Shown piece after piece: positions 1-11,473 of a stretch of 64,000 bases of DNA; positions within the stretch are counted from its first letter, which is position 1, and each line of letters starts with the position of its first letter. Source of the stretch: Anolis carolinensis (lineage: Eukaryota); assembly GCF_035594765.1 (NCBI RefSeq), contig NC_085841.1:331771402-331835401 (forward strand), read 5' to 3'. The translations under genes and the position numbers were made by a program. A model generated the notes under the pieces. The model had not been told where the DNA came from, ran no database searches, and saw only the letters and a program-made list of their open reading frames with translations.

Positions 1-150
1 TGGGCAATTCCAGACAGGAAACAATTAGGGCCAGCTAACATCTTCCAACAAATGATTCCCCCAAGGAGGAAACAGCCAGGCTTTGAAGTTGTGCAAGACT
101 ATTCAATGCTAATCAAGGTGACTAATTACAACATTCATACTTGCCTCCAT
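1..150 (+). mobile_element. Penelope-like element fragment
   Basis: Similar to the reverse complement of 25800-25945 (caatgctaatcaaggtga.taatt.caacattca.ac.tgcctcca). Confidence 0.55.
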
Positions 151-239
151 AAACCAAAACCCACTTAGGAAGACGTCACAGCAACGCGTGGCCGGGCAGA
201 GCTACTAACCTTTAAAAGACTCCTGTTCATTAAACCTAC

Positions 240-2970
240 CTCAGAAGGTTCATCCAACCCAGGAATAGTATCTTCTGGAAGAACAGGTGACTGACTGGGT
301 TCTGGTGCCTGAAATGGGCGACTGGGAGTGCTGTTGAGCAGCTGAGGAGATATAAATGTGAAAAGACGGGATATAAATGTAACAACAAAATAAGAACATT
401 AACTTTTTCAAATCTGAGTATAGAATTTAAGGTTTAAAATGATCCTATAGAAAGCCAAGAGCCAGTTAGGATCACAGAAATAAGATGCTTGGATAGGAAG
501 TTCTTACCTGTTCATTGACAGTCAAGAGAAGGTTAATGGGACTGCCACTGTCTGCCTGTTTAAGTGAAGCCAGGAGAACATCTGCTCTCCAGTCACCTTC
601 CCACACCAAACATCTGCTCAAGCAAACACAGATTCAAGTCACTATGGGGAGGAGAAAGATCTGGGGTAATTGCTTCGGAAGTTAATAATGCTACAATGAC
701 TGTATTCCTCAACTTCAAAGTCTGCACTGACAGAACTGGACACAGAACACAAAGCCAATCCAAAAACTAAGGAAAATGACATCCAGGAAAGGCTGCATGA
801 CTGGCCATGTAACAACACCAAATGATATATAACTCTGAAGATCTTTGTTTAGATTCAGTCTCTGCTATAAACTTTTGGTAATTGAACTGGACATTTAAAA
901 ATCTTTATAATACAATTGGGAAACATTTAGCATGTCAGCAGCACCATAATATTGGCAGCAAATCCCATTGCACATTTCAGGTTTACCTTGCATCAGGTCT
1001 TAGTTTGCCAATCCTTTGTGGTTTGATGTCTGGATTCACTAATACGTCCACAGTGATGCTTGTCTTCTGAGAGAAATGGTTCCAGTCACCTAAACCAAAG
1101 ATCACTAGCTGTTTTGGCAATGGAAGTGGCAACCGAGTTTGGTAACATTTCCGATGTCGTTTGCTTAGAAAGAATAAAAAGCATAGTAATCTCCACAAGG
1201 AACATCATAGAGGACACACAGCAAAGAAAAGCAAGAAGTTTGTAAATACAAGAAGCAAATGTTTTGTTGACCCTGTCCTTATTTTAAAAAGCTTTAGAGA
1301 AATATTCCAAAAAGTCCTTCTAAGTTAATTGTTTGTCACCATTTTATAAAGAACATTTGGCCCAAGAAAGAAGTGATTTGCACAATTTGAGGTATTCTTT
1401 AGCATAGGGTTTCTCTCTTTTCCCAAATCTGATTTGAAAGTTTGGTACTAGTAATCTTCCCAGGAAGAAACCTAACTGAAAGTATTTTTCTTATGTACAG
1501 GCATTCCCCAAGTTTCGAACAAGATAGATTTTGTAGTTTGCAGGTACATTTTAAAGTGTAACTCCAGCCAAATGTATATATGGTTTAGTTTTTGATAGCA
1601 TAGGGAAGGGTTAACACCCCTGTGATGTTTGCTTTGCTGTCTGTGCCCTGGTTCAGAAGATTTCACCCTGCACTTTCTGTCCCTGTAATAATTGGATTTG
1701 GAAAAAAATTATTTTGTTGTGGAAAGAAGGCTTGGTGAGAAAGCTTCAATGGAGACACCTTTTTTCCATGATAACTCCTTCGGGCGTGAATATCCCCTCC
1801 AAGGGGCTGATTTCTCTCACTTCCTGACGTCTCATCCTTGTTCTTAAATCATTTGTAAGTTGGATGTTTGTAACTCAGGGACTACCTGTACTGTATAACC
1901 TAAATGGAATAGAAACCCTGCCTTGCCCAATACATGTATTCACTTCTAAAATATCTATATCAAAAGTACATAAACACCTTCATACTATAATTGGTATTAC
2001 TATTTTGTCTTTTAGATGACTTTTGATCTTTGCATGCATACATCTGCACTAAAGTGGAATAGTCTATGGCTCTAATCTTGTCCCCATGACTGCCTCTCCC
2101 GAGAGCTAACATTGCTTAATAAGTTTACAACTGATCAATCTTGTAATAAGGATAATTAGATATTCCACTAACTATCGAGAAGGCTAAAAACCACAAAAAA
2201 TGGAATTGCAAGATACAAATATCAAATCAATTTTTAAAGAAGTGGTTAAGGTCAGTTTCCAACACACTGACTCATAAACTTGTGCAAGAAAACTGGTTAA
2301 GGTTGGTTTCTAATGCATTGACTCATAAGCTTGTGCAAGAAAAGCTATTGCAGAATCCAGGAAAAGCATTCAAAAATGTAAAATTATAGTGGGTTGTGCT
2401 GACACTGGAGGAACTGTGCTAAAGCGAGCACCTATACAACCATGTTCAACTGTGAAATAATGGAGGATGTAATATATTATGCACACACAGAGGCTGGGGG
2501 GATAGCAATTTTTTCTGCTCTTGAGTATTTAGCAACAGCTTGACATACAGCAAAAGTTTTTCATAGTATGTTCAAAAACATTACGGAGCAACTGCTATTA
2601 AGCTACAGTGAAAAGTTAAATAGCTGGTATTCCTAACTTGTGCACACACCACAAATAATGTGAGAAAACTGCAATTATGAAAAGACTCCTTAGGAATTAT
2701 CGTTCTACTCCCCTGCCTCTTTTTCTAATTGGTGCCAAGCAAACAGGGCTGCCACTCCAAAGAGGCTCACCTACTGAGTTGACGAGGAGGCTCATTCAGA
2801 GACCAGAGAACGTAGAATTGAAGTTTACTTTCCTTTGGGACAGAATCAGTCCCTTGGCACTGAGGGGTCGCACCAGCTTCCCGATGCCACAAGCCTCCAG
2901 GAGCCCAGCTCCATCTACGGTGGGGAGTTCGCAGTCCACTTGTTGTCAAGAAACTAGAAGCAGAGAGCAT
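240..2970 (-). CDS. Unidentified multi-exon protein-coding gene, 5' part (no stop seen; continues past the left edge)
   Basis: Exons 2771-2970 (ATG at 2970, acceptor ttctctcag|CCATG at 2972/2973, donor gtgag), 987-1163 (ttctttctaag| ... |gtaaac), 508-613 (gcttgagcag| ... |gtaag), 240-341 (tctcctcag| ... |gtagg). Phases 2/2/0 all match. The joined ORF is 195 aa with no stop: MLSASSFLTTSGLRTPHRRWSWAPGG...KLQFYVLWSLNEPPRQLSSKRHRKCYQTRLPLPLPKQLVIFGLGDWNHFSQKTSITVDVLVNPDIKPQRIGKLRPDARCLVWEGDWRADVLLASLKQADSGSPINLLLTVNEQLLNSTPSRPFQAPEPSQSPVLPEDTIPGLDEPSE. I do not recognise the family. Confidence 0.75.
1530..1890. mobile_element. Tc1/mariner (Tigger-like) non-autonomous DNA transposon fragment
   Basis: End ...gttggatgtttgtaactcagggactacctg|ta. 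A second copy of the family lies at ~7070-7362. Confidence 0.55.
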
Positions 2971-4158
2971 GGCTGAGAGAACAGAAGACAGGAACATCTA
3001 GTAGTATAAACAGACTTTTTAAACTATCTCAAAAATCAGTTTTCATGGTTCCAGTCCAAAGAATTGTCTTCAAAACAGAGGAGTGTTGCAGTTAAAGTCC
3101 ATTGACAATTTTACACTTCTCCCCTTAACACTCCTATATGTGATGGCTGGCCTTAGTTGTAAAAAGGGAAAGGTACTTTATATCTGCTCAGAAACACTCT
3201 TTGGAGCCTCACAAGTTCCTCATGTTTGAATCAGCTGCAGGTGTGGCCAACCTGATTGTGATTCATTTACTCCAGATGGGTGGTTCAAGCTAAAGCAAAA
3301 ACTTTCCTTGCTGGAACATGAAGGAAACCTCATCTGCTTTTAAATTTTATTTTGGTCCCCAAATTATACTTACATAACAGCAAGTGTGAAATCTGAAGCA
3401 GGCCAAAGGAATTTCAACATGTTGCTTAAAGGTGACTTATAAATTAATTTCCTAAATATGCCTGTCTACTCAGAAGTCACCATCTGAGTTCAATGGAATA
3501 TACTCTGAAGTGTGCATAGGGCAACAAACTAAATAAAGAAAAAACAACCCTGTCTTAAATGTCCTGAGAGGGAACGGTGTTACTGAATGCTAATGGAAAT
3601 GTTTGTCTTTATAGCACTTACTTTTTGAAATCTTATCTAGACTCGGCATCTATTCTTGGATGTAAAATACAGGTTTGCTTAAGAGAGAAAAAATTATGTA
3701 TGTACTTACTGGAAAGTAAGCCCATTGTTAGACTAAGTGACACATGCTGCTGAAGGGCAAACTAGTTTGGGTTTAAACCTCCACTTGTCTGTTTGAGTAT
3801 GGATATTTCATCCCTGGAGCCCTGATCATAATGAGGAGGGGGGTGCCTTCACCAGCTACAGGAGAGGAGTGACTCCATTATATTAAAAAGTGACAAGAAG
3901 TCCACTTCCAGTTTTAAAACCAGTTTCCCAGTTAAGATTCCAAAATTCAAGTGTTGTAAACAAAGCTTTCAAGAGGATGATCCCAAGTACACGTTTGTTT
4001 GTGTTTATTTAACTTTTCAGACTCATTTTCATCACTGCATTGTGTACACCAAGTAGAAATAATACCAATTAAATCCATTTTAGTTACAGGTTGTAACAAC
4101 CGCCTCCTTCATACCTGTTACTACATGAATAATTCTGATTACAAGAATCAGAACTGTG

Positions 4159-5318
4159 ATCATAGAATCATAGAATAGTAGAGTTGGAAGAGACCTCACG
4201 GGCCATCCAATCCAACCCCCTGCAAGAAGCAGGAAAATCTCATTCAAAGCACCCCCGACAGATGGCCATCCAGCCTCTGCTTAAAAGCCTCCAAAGAAGG
4301 AGCCTCCACCACAGTCCAGGGCAGAGAGTTCCACTGCCAAACAGCCCTCACAGTGAGGAAGTTCTTCCTGATGTTCAGGTGGAATCTCCTTTCCTGTAGT
4401 TTAAAGCCATTGTGCCCTAGTCTGTAGGGCAGCAGAAAATAAGCTTGCTCCCTACTCCCTATGACTTCCCTTCACGTATTTGTACATGACTATCATGTCT
4501 CCTCTCAGCCTTCTCTTCTGCAGGCTAAACATGCCTAGTTCTTTAAACCGCTTCTCATAGGGCTTGTTCTCCAGACCCTTGATCATTTTAGTTGCCCTTC
4601 CCTGGACGCTTTCCCGCTTGTCAACATCTCCCTTCAATTGTGGCGCCCAGAATTGGACACAGTATTCCAGGTGTGGTCCAGGAGGAATAACATGACTTCC
4701 CTGGATCTAGATGCTATATCCCTATTTATACAGGCCAGAATCCCGTTGGCTTTTTTAGCAGTCGCGTCACATTGTAGGCTCATGTTTAACTTGTTGTCCA
4801 GGAGGACTCCAAGATCTTTTTCACACGTACTGCTGTCGAGCCAGGCGTCCCCCATTCTGTATCTTTGCATTTCATTTTTTCTGCCAAAGTGAAGTATCTT
4901 GCATTTGTCCCTGTTGAACTTCATTTTGTTAGTTTCGGCCCATCTCTCTAATCTGTCAAGATCTTTTTGAATTCTGCTCCTGTCTTCTGGAGTGTTAGCT
5001 ATCCCTCCCAGTTTGGTGTCATCTACAAACTTGATGATCGTGCCTTCTAACCCTTTGTCTAAGTCGTTAACAAAGATGTTGAACAGAACCGGGCCCAGGA
5101 TGGAACCCTGTGGCACTCCACTCGTGAGTTCTTTCCGAGATGAAGACGACGCATTGGATTCATTCGCTTAGCCAATTACAGATCCACCTAACTGTAGTTT
5201 TGTCTAGCCCACATTTTACTAGTTTGTTTGCCAGAAGGTCGTGGGGGACTTTGTCGAAGGCCTTACTGAAATCCAGGTACGCTACATCCACAGCGTTCCC
5301 TGTATCGACCCAACTCGT
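4159..5318 (-). mobile_element. CR1 LINE, 5'-truncated and frameshifted
   Basis: RT motifs [14 protein letters not shown] and KFVDDTKL; (ATTCTATG)n 3' tail at ~4159-4176. Closely similar to the copy at 12797-14059 but with small deletions. Confidence 0.93.
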
Positions 5319-6321
5319 TGCTAGGTTGGTAAAGCAAGTTGACCCTCTTTACCATGTTTATCCAAAAATGGATATTTAGCCAAGCACGAAAGGAAATAAA
5401 CAGGGGTTTGTTTTTGTTTTCTATTAAAACAGTTCACAAGTGAGCATAAAAACATTTCGCACTTCTTGTTTGAGCTTAGTCAATAAATCTACTGTGAACT
5501 GCTTGTGTTTCATACTCCAGGACAATTACCCACACAAACAGAAATACAAAATTTCCACAAGAAAATCTGTGCTCTTGAACTTGGTACAGTTGCAGGCTGG
5601 CATACTGATTCAGGAACAACTTTTGTACACAAAGGACTTTTTAACTAAAAGCAAAGAAAAACAAAGTTTCTTAGGTGAATAGTGAAAAGATTTAATGATG
5701 TTTAAAAAATCAAACATACAGTCACAAAACAGATACTTCATACAGTGTAACAGACATTACATTCTGTTTCAACAGCATACACATTAGAAAGACTGTACCA
5801 AGCCAGTACCAAAACATATAAATACCGTTTCAGTTTAAAGAAAAAAGTATGCATGGCAGGATACAAACATATACATATCTGGTGCATAACATTTCAGATT
5901 AGGAGGAATCTTACCCCCCCCCCCCCCAAAAAAAAAAAAAAAACCTCACAAGGTGCCAAAAAAGAGCACCAAACTGGCATTCTGACTCGCAGGCAAACTG
6001 CAGTTAGAGCCTGATCATTTCAGAAGACAAATAGCATATCCATGTGTTTCTGTCAAAACGTTAGACTTCCAATACCAGTTTTCATCTTTTTGCCATCCAA
6101 TCCTATGCATCACCACATTCTACAAAACAGCCTTCCTTGGGCAGGGTTTAGCCATCAGCTTCTAGAACTTGGAAAAGTTTTTTTCTCCAGCCATTTAAGA
6201 GCAGGGATTTTAGAAGTTGTAGCCATAGACGTGATGCCTTGGGTTTCTTGTCCAATTCTATATCCATTAATGGTTAATGACACAGCAACTACAAGAGGAA
6301 ACACCTAGCTGGTGATATGAT

Positions 6322-6669
6322 AGGTAAAGGTTTCTCTTGACATTAAGTCCAGTCATGTCTGACTCTGGGGGTTGGTGCTCATCTCCATTTCTAAGCCGAA
6401 GAGCCGGCGTTGTCCATAGACACCTACAAGGTCATGTGGCCGGCATGACTGCATGGAGTGCCGTTACCTTCCTGCCGGAGCAGGATCTACTGACCTACTG
6501 AGCAGGACCTATTGATCTACTCACATTGGCATGTTTTCGAACTGCTAGGTTGGCAGAAGCTGGAGCTAACAGTGAGCACTCATTCCGCTCCCGGGGTTTG
6601 AACCTGCGACCTTTCGGTCTGCAAGTTCAGCAGCTCAGTGCTTTAACACACTTCGCCACCAGGGCTCCA
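6322..6669 (-). mobile_element. Sauria-type SINE with 10-bp target site duplication (TSD)
   Basis: tRNA-like head and (ACCTTT)n-type tail. TSD gtgatatgat at 6312-6321 and 6670-6679. Paralogous copies at 36377 and 45708. Confidence 0.88.
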
Positions 6670-7069
6670 GTGATATGATGCCAACTACCTATTTAAAACG
6701 CTGGACGTGAGCTCTGAATTATGCAGAAATTCTTTATGTCTTGAATGTCCAAAACATAAATAAAACTATGTAAGAGTATTCTAGTGATGTCCTAGGGAAA
6801 GATTAATCCATCGTTGGTTTATCAGTCAAAAATCTATGTCCATTGCATCTCTATTTCTTGAAAAGAAGTCCCCTACTCTGCATGCCAAGTAACCGTTCTG
6901 TTCAAGACCAGGAGTTCTCAAATGTCTGACTCTTAAGGAAACACAATATTCTGAAATTGCACATACTTAAACAAGAACAAACAAACAAAACTCAACCCAT
7001 ATTTACTTTGTTTCCTAGGATTTACCACAGCCAAATGATTAGTGGCAAACTAACTACAAGCAGTTCTTA

Positions 7070-7362
7070 AGTTGAATATGTTTGTAAATCAGAACAGGTA
7101 CACTTTTCAGTGTAACTCCAGTGCGCGCGCACACACACACACACACATATATATCTTTGGACAGCATAGGGAAGAGCTAACACCCCTGTGATGTGTTTTG
7201 CTGTCTGTTCGGACACCCCAGTAATATTTGTTTTATTGTCTCTGTTCCTGTTCAGAAGATTTCACCTCACTTTCTGTCCCTGTGATAATTGGATTTTGAA
7301 AAAATTGTCTTAACTATGAGTCGTTTGTAAGTTGGATGTTTGTAACCTAAGGGCTGCCTGTA
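7070..7362. mobile_element. Tc1/mariner (Tigger-like) non-autonomous element fragment
   Basis: Homologous to 1530-1890; contains a (CA)n run at ~7129-7148. Confidence 0.55.
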
Positions 7363-10300
7363 TTGCAAAACAAAAGAGCCATTTAAGGCCACAGAATGCT
7401 TTAAGATTAAAGAGAACATTTGTTCAACTGATTTCCCCCAGATAATCATGGCTATAAGACAAACAATACACAGGCTCTTCTGTTGCACAGATATCTATCT
7501 TGGTGTCGTGGTCTGAGCAGTAGAGAATGAACAACTAAAAGCAGACACGATTCACCCAAACAAGGTAGTCAGAAGTTAGGTTATATCACTGCAGTGAACT
7601 GTCTGAAACTTGTCATTCAAGAAAGGGGGAATAAGAACATGCTTTAAAGGCACAAGTCCATGGGGTTCTATAAGTCCAACAATACAATCTTCTACATGTC
7701 TACTTAGAAATAAGCCCCAGTGACCTAAATGGTACTTACTCCTAGGTGCATGTGAACAGGAATATAGACTTTGGTTTATATCATATTGTTGTTATGTGTC
7801 TTTAAATCATTTCTGATTTATGGTGAACCTATCATAGTTGTTTGTTTTTTTTGTTGCAAGATTTGTCCAAATGGGTTCCCTTAAGTTGGAGACAATATGA
7901 CTTGCTGAAAGCTACCCTATGGGTTTCCATGGCTGAGTGGGAATTCAAACTCTGGTCTCCAGAGTCATAATGCAACACTCAAAACACTATAGCCACGCTA
8001 TATCACATAGTTCTTGTTTAATCAGGTTCCTGATACCCTTAATTGTTTTAAGGAGATGATCAAAGCAGTTTTAATTTTCTCCAAGTAACATTAAGGGATC
8101 CTTAGAATAGATTGTCACCTAGATTATCATTTATCTAATAGGCTTCTTTATCATACTAAATACACAGAAACTTGACCAAATGGAATTTGATTACAGCAAT
8201 AAATAGAAGAAATAGAATAAATTAATAACATTAATTCATGAGTTTTTTTGTAAGAGGAAAAACCAAACGAGGCCAAAATTAAGTTATAAAGAACCATAAA
8301 ACATTCAGAGAACCTTTTTTGAAGAGCTACCATGGTTGGATGCTAGACATAATTCCTCCCCATCTTTAATTGCTATATATTTTTCATTCTTTCGTCATGT
8401 TACTTTTGTACATGATGAAAAGGAATAAATTAGCCAAGTTATATCAATCATGCAGAACAAAGCTCAAAGTACATCAAATATAAAGTTAGTCATAAATTTT
8501 AGAAAATGCCTATCCTATATTTTGACCAATCTGAAACTATATCTGATTTCTCTAAAATTGCATTTCTCTTTCATCTACACCAATGAATGTAAACAGGACA
8601 AAAAGTATCTGCATCAATTCAAAACTAGTATGTATATTTGTCCTAGCTGTTTCTCACAAAAGCCTCCAGAGTTTTTCAGTCTGTGATTCTATGATCTCAC
8701 AATTTATTTTGTAAGCAGTTTATGATGGGAAGGTACACCAACCTATGGCATATGATGACATAGATCGGTGCCATCCCTATGCCTGAACAAGTCTTGGTCT
8801 GGCAAGTATATGGATCAGATATTTTGGATAGTATTTGAGTAGGATATGTAATCTGATGCCACTCACAAGTTTGAAAAATTTTGGAGAGGGAAGGATGTGA
8901 CCAGGCAGAGCCCGACACAGCCCTCAGCAGCACAAAGAGAATTACACAATAAAAACAACCACTTCAAATTCTGTCCTTCATCTTAAACATGCACAATCTT
9001 AGCTCAAACATGCATATATACAACCTTTATTTTTATATTCCTTCTTCAGGCAGAACTTTAAATAAAACAACTACTCATTATCTCCAATTTCTAACAAAAC
9101 AGTGTTCAAAATGGACACATAAAAATGGGTTGTGTATAGTGTAGAAAGTAAATAGATTAAGGTCTCAAGGGAAATACTTTGAATAATAACAAATAACCTT
9201 AGTTTAAATGCACATTCAGGGAAGGCAAGTTGTTAAAAAGCTGTCTACAGGTAATTCAAAAAGGAGAAAAAAATGAGGGAAGCTTTTTGAGACCACTTTA
9301 AAGGAGCAGTTCCTACACTGCTCATTTATGAAAAAAGAAATATACGTCCTATCCTTTAAGTCAAAGATTTTTCATTTATGTTAATACTAGAATGTCTGCG
9401 ATTCCCTATCCCAAACCAATTACTGCAGTTTTTTCTCCTTTTCATGTTATTGGTCTACAACAAGTTGTGTATGAGTTCCTCAAATCATAACCTGAAGGAA
9501 AACAAATTGCACTTGAAAAACTTTTTAAAAGTTAGTAAGGATACTTCTTTACCATTTCTCATTTCCATTGCTTGAAGTGGAAAAAGTTGAAGATTCAACT
9601 CCATGAACCTTTTCTCCATTAGAATTGTGTTGATTGCAAAAAATGGTTTTTCCCCGTCCTATTTACTTTTCCAGTTACATTATTAGCTTCACTTAGCAAA
9701 GTACATAATATGGCAAAGAGAATCTGAAGCATTTTTGGAAAGTGAATTCTTTGGCTTTATATCTTCCATCACTAAACTTGTATCAGCAATGGCTTTCCCT
9801 AGAAACGTTTCCAAAAATCCATGTTAAACTATGAATGTTTGCTGCAATCATGCAAAGAACCAAGGAAACACATTAGATAAAATGTCACAGACAGCAGCTG
9901 TTTTGAAAGGCATATTCACATTTGCATCTGAAATCTTTGTATACATTTATACATCCTCTGCTGCAGAGACAACCATAAGATACATACATATATCCTCTAA
10001 GACCTGAGCTGTGAATGACAGATGATGCAATTGCCAAACTCTGATATGGGATAGGAAATTGTGCTACTTATTAAAAACTGGCAATAGCATCTGAACTCTG
10101 TGTGGGATGTGTGGAAAGAGATTCTTACTGGTTACTGATAGTCCTGAGATCTTCAATGATGGATTTTTAAAATAAGGCCTAGACTGACTGGTGGGGTCCA
10201 TACCATAATAAAACATGAACAAACTGCAGAATCCTTATCAGAACTAATAACTCAAAGCCCTTATAAGAGAAGGAAAAGGGCTAATGTGTGGGCCAATGAC

Positions 10301-11473
10301 TGCTTCACTGTCACTTTTTTCCTGTACTAACTTGTTTGTGTTTGGGATGGGTTTGAGTAGGTGCACTTAGGTCTGCGTGTAAGTTTTTTTCTGTTGGAAA
10401 TGTTATACTGCTGGGGAACTGAGGTGAAGCATAGCATACATAAGAAGCACAAAAATCATATAACCACATTCAGACTATGGATACGTAAGAAGTGATAGGC
10501 AGCAGAGAACAGACTGCTTCAATTTGACTATCAAGGTGATGCATTTTTAAAATATTTACCCAAAATATCACATTCAGTGGAAACAAAAACATGTAACTCT
10601 TGGGCTTCCATTTATTAGAGGATTTTATATCCTTCTAGTAAATTCTGGTTTGACAACTATATCTAACGCTGTGCTGAATTTATGCAAAAAGCCAATTATT
10701 AGAGAAGCACATTGTGCCTTAAAATGTGTGAAGGAACAGAAAGTAAATTTTTGTTTATGACAGATTTTCAATTATTTCCCCAAACAAGAGTTTTATGGTT
10801 TATTGTTCCTTCTCCCATAGTTGTTTTACTCCCTTTATTGACAGAAAATTCATGAGGTCTTAACTCTTGGATCAACTCTGGTTGCTGATTCAAGTCAAGC
10901 TGTGCTATCCAAACATGTATGTCAAAAATTGAATCCTGGCTGTGCCTTGCACTGAACATGCCAGTGTTCCTGGAGGCAGAAGAAAGGCACGCTTCCAGTG
11001 GTGCTGAAGGCTTATTTACATTCGATTTCATGAGATTCTCATGGACCAGGCAAATGACAACGCCTCATATCACAGTAACAGCACAGTTCTAGACACAGTT
11101 CTACAGGCTGCTTTGGCAGTTGATCCAAGTGAATTTTTGCAGCCAGAATATAAGAAGAGAATATAATGCACCCAAAAAGTAAAAGGCATATTTCAATCTG
11201 AGTTCATACAAGTGCAACAGAAAGGAAAGGCAAACACTTGAACCCCACGTCCAGTGACTTGCTTTGCTGAGGCTAAAAATCCAGCATGGTGTTTGCATAA
11301 AACAAAGTGGAGCTGCTGCCAGTGACTGCTTGCCCCACCTTCACAGTGAAGCGCAACTGAAAGAAGTCATCTGCACATAAGCACAGAAATGCATATAAGA
11401 TTTGGCTATCAAGAAGTACCTCTAGTCACAGACTTCGCTCTAGTCCTTTATGTCTCACTCATTCCAACCTTGC

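Noticed and set aside
2771-2795. Alternative model with ATG AGC CTC (MSLLVNSV) spliced to an internal acceptor at ~1109
   Set aside because: The frame is possible, but the acceptor at 1163 has a much better pyrimidine tract and joins the longer ORF starting at 2970. Kept only as a possible minor isoform.
1-3000. GSTZ1 exons expected from human synteny
   Set aside because: No GST-zeta-like peptide found in any frame I read; if present it lies left of the window.
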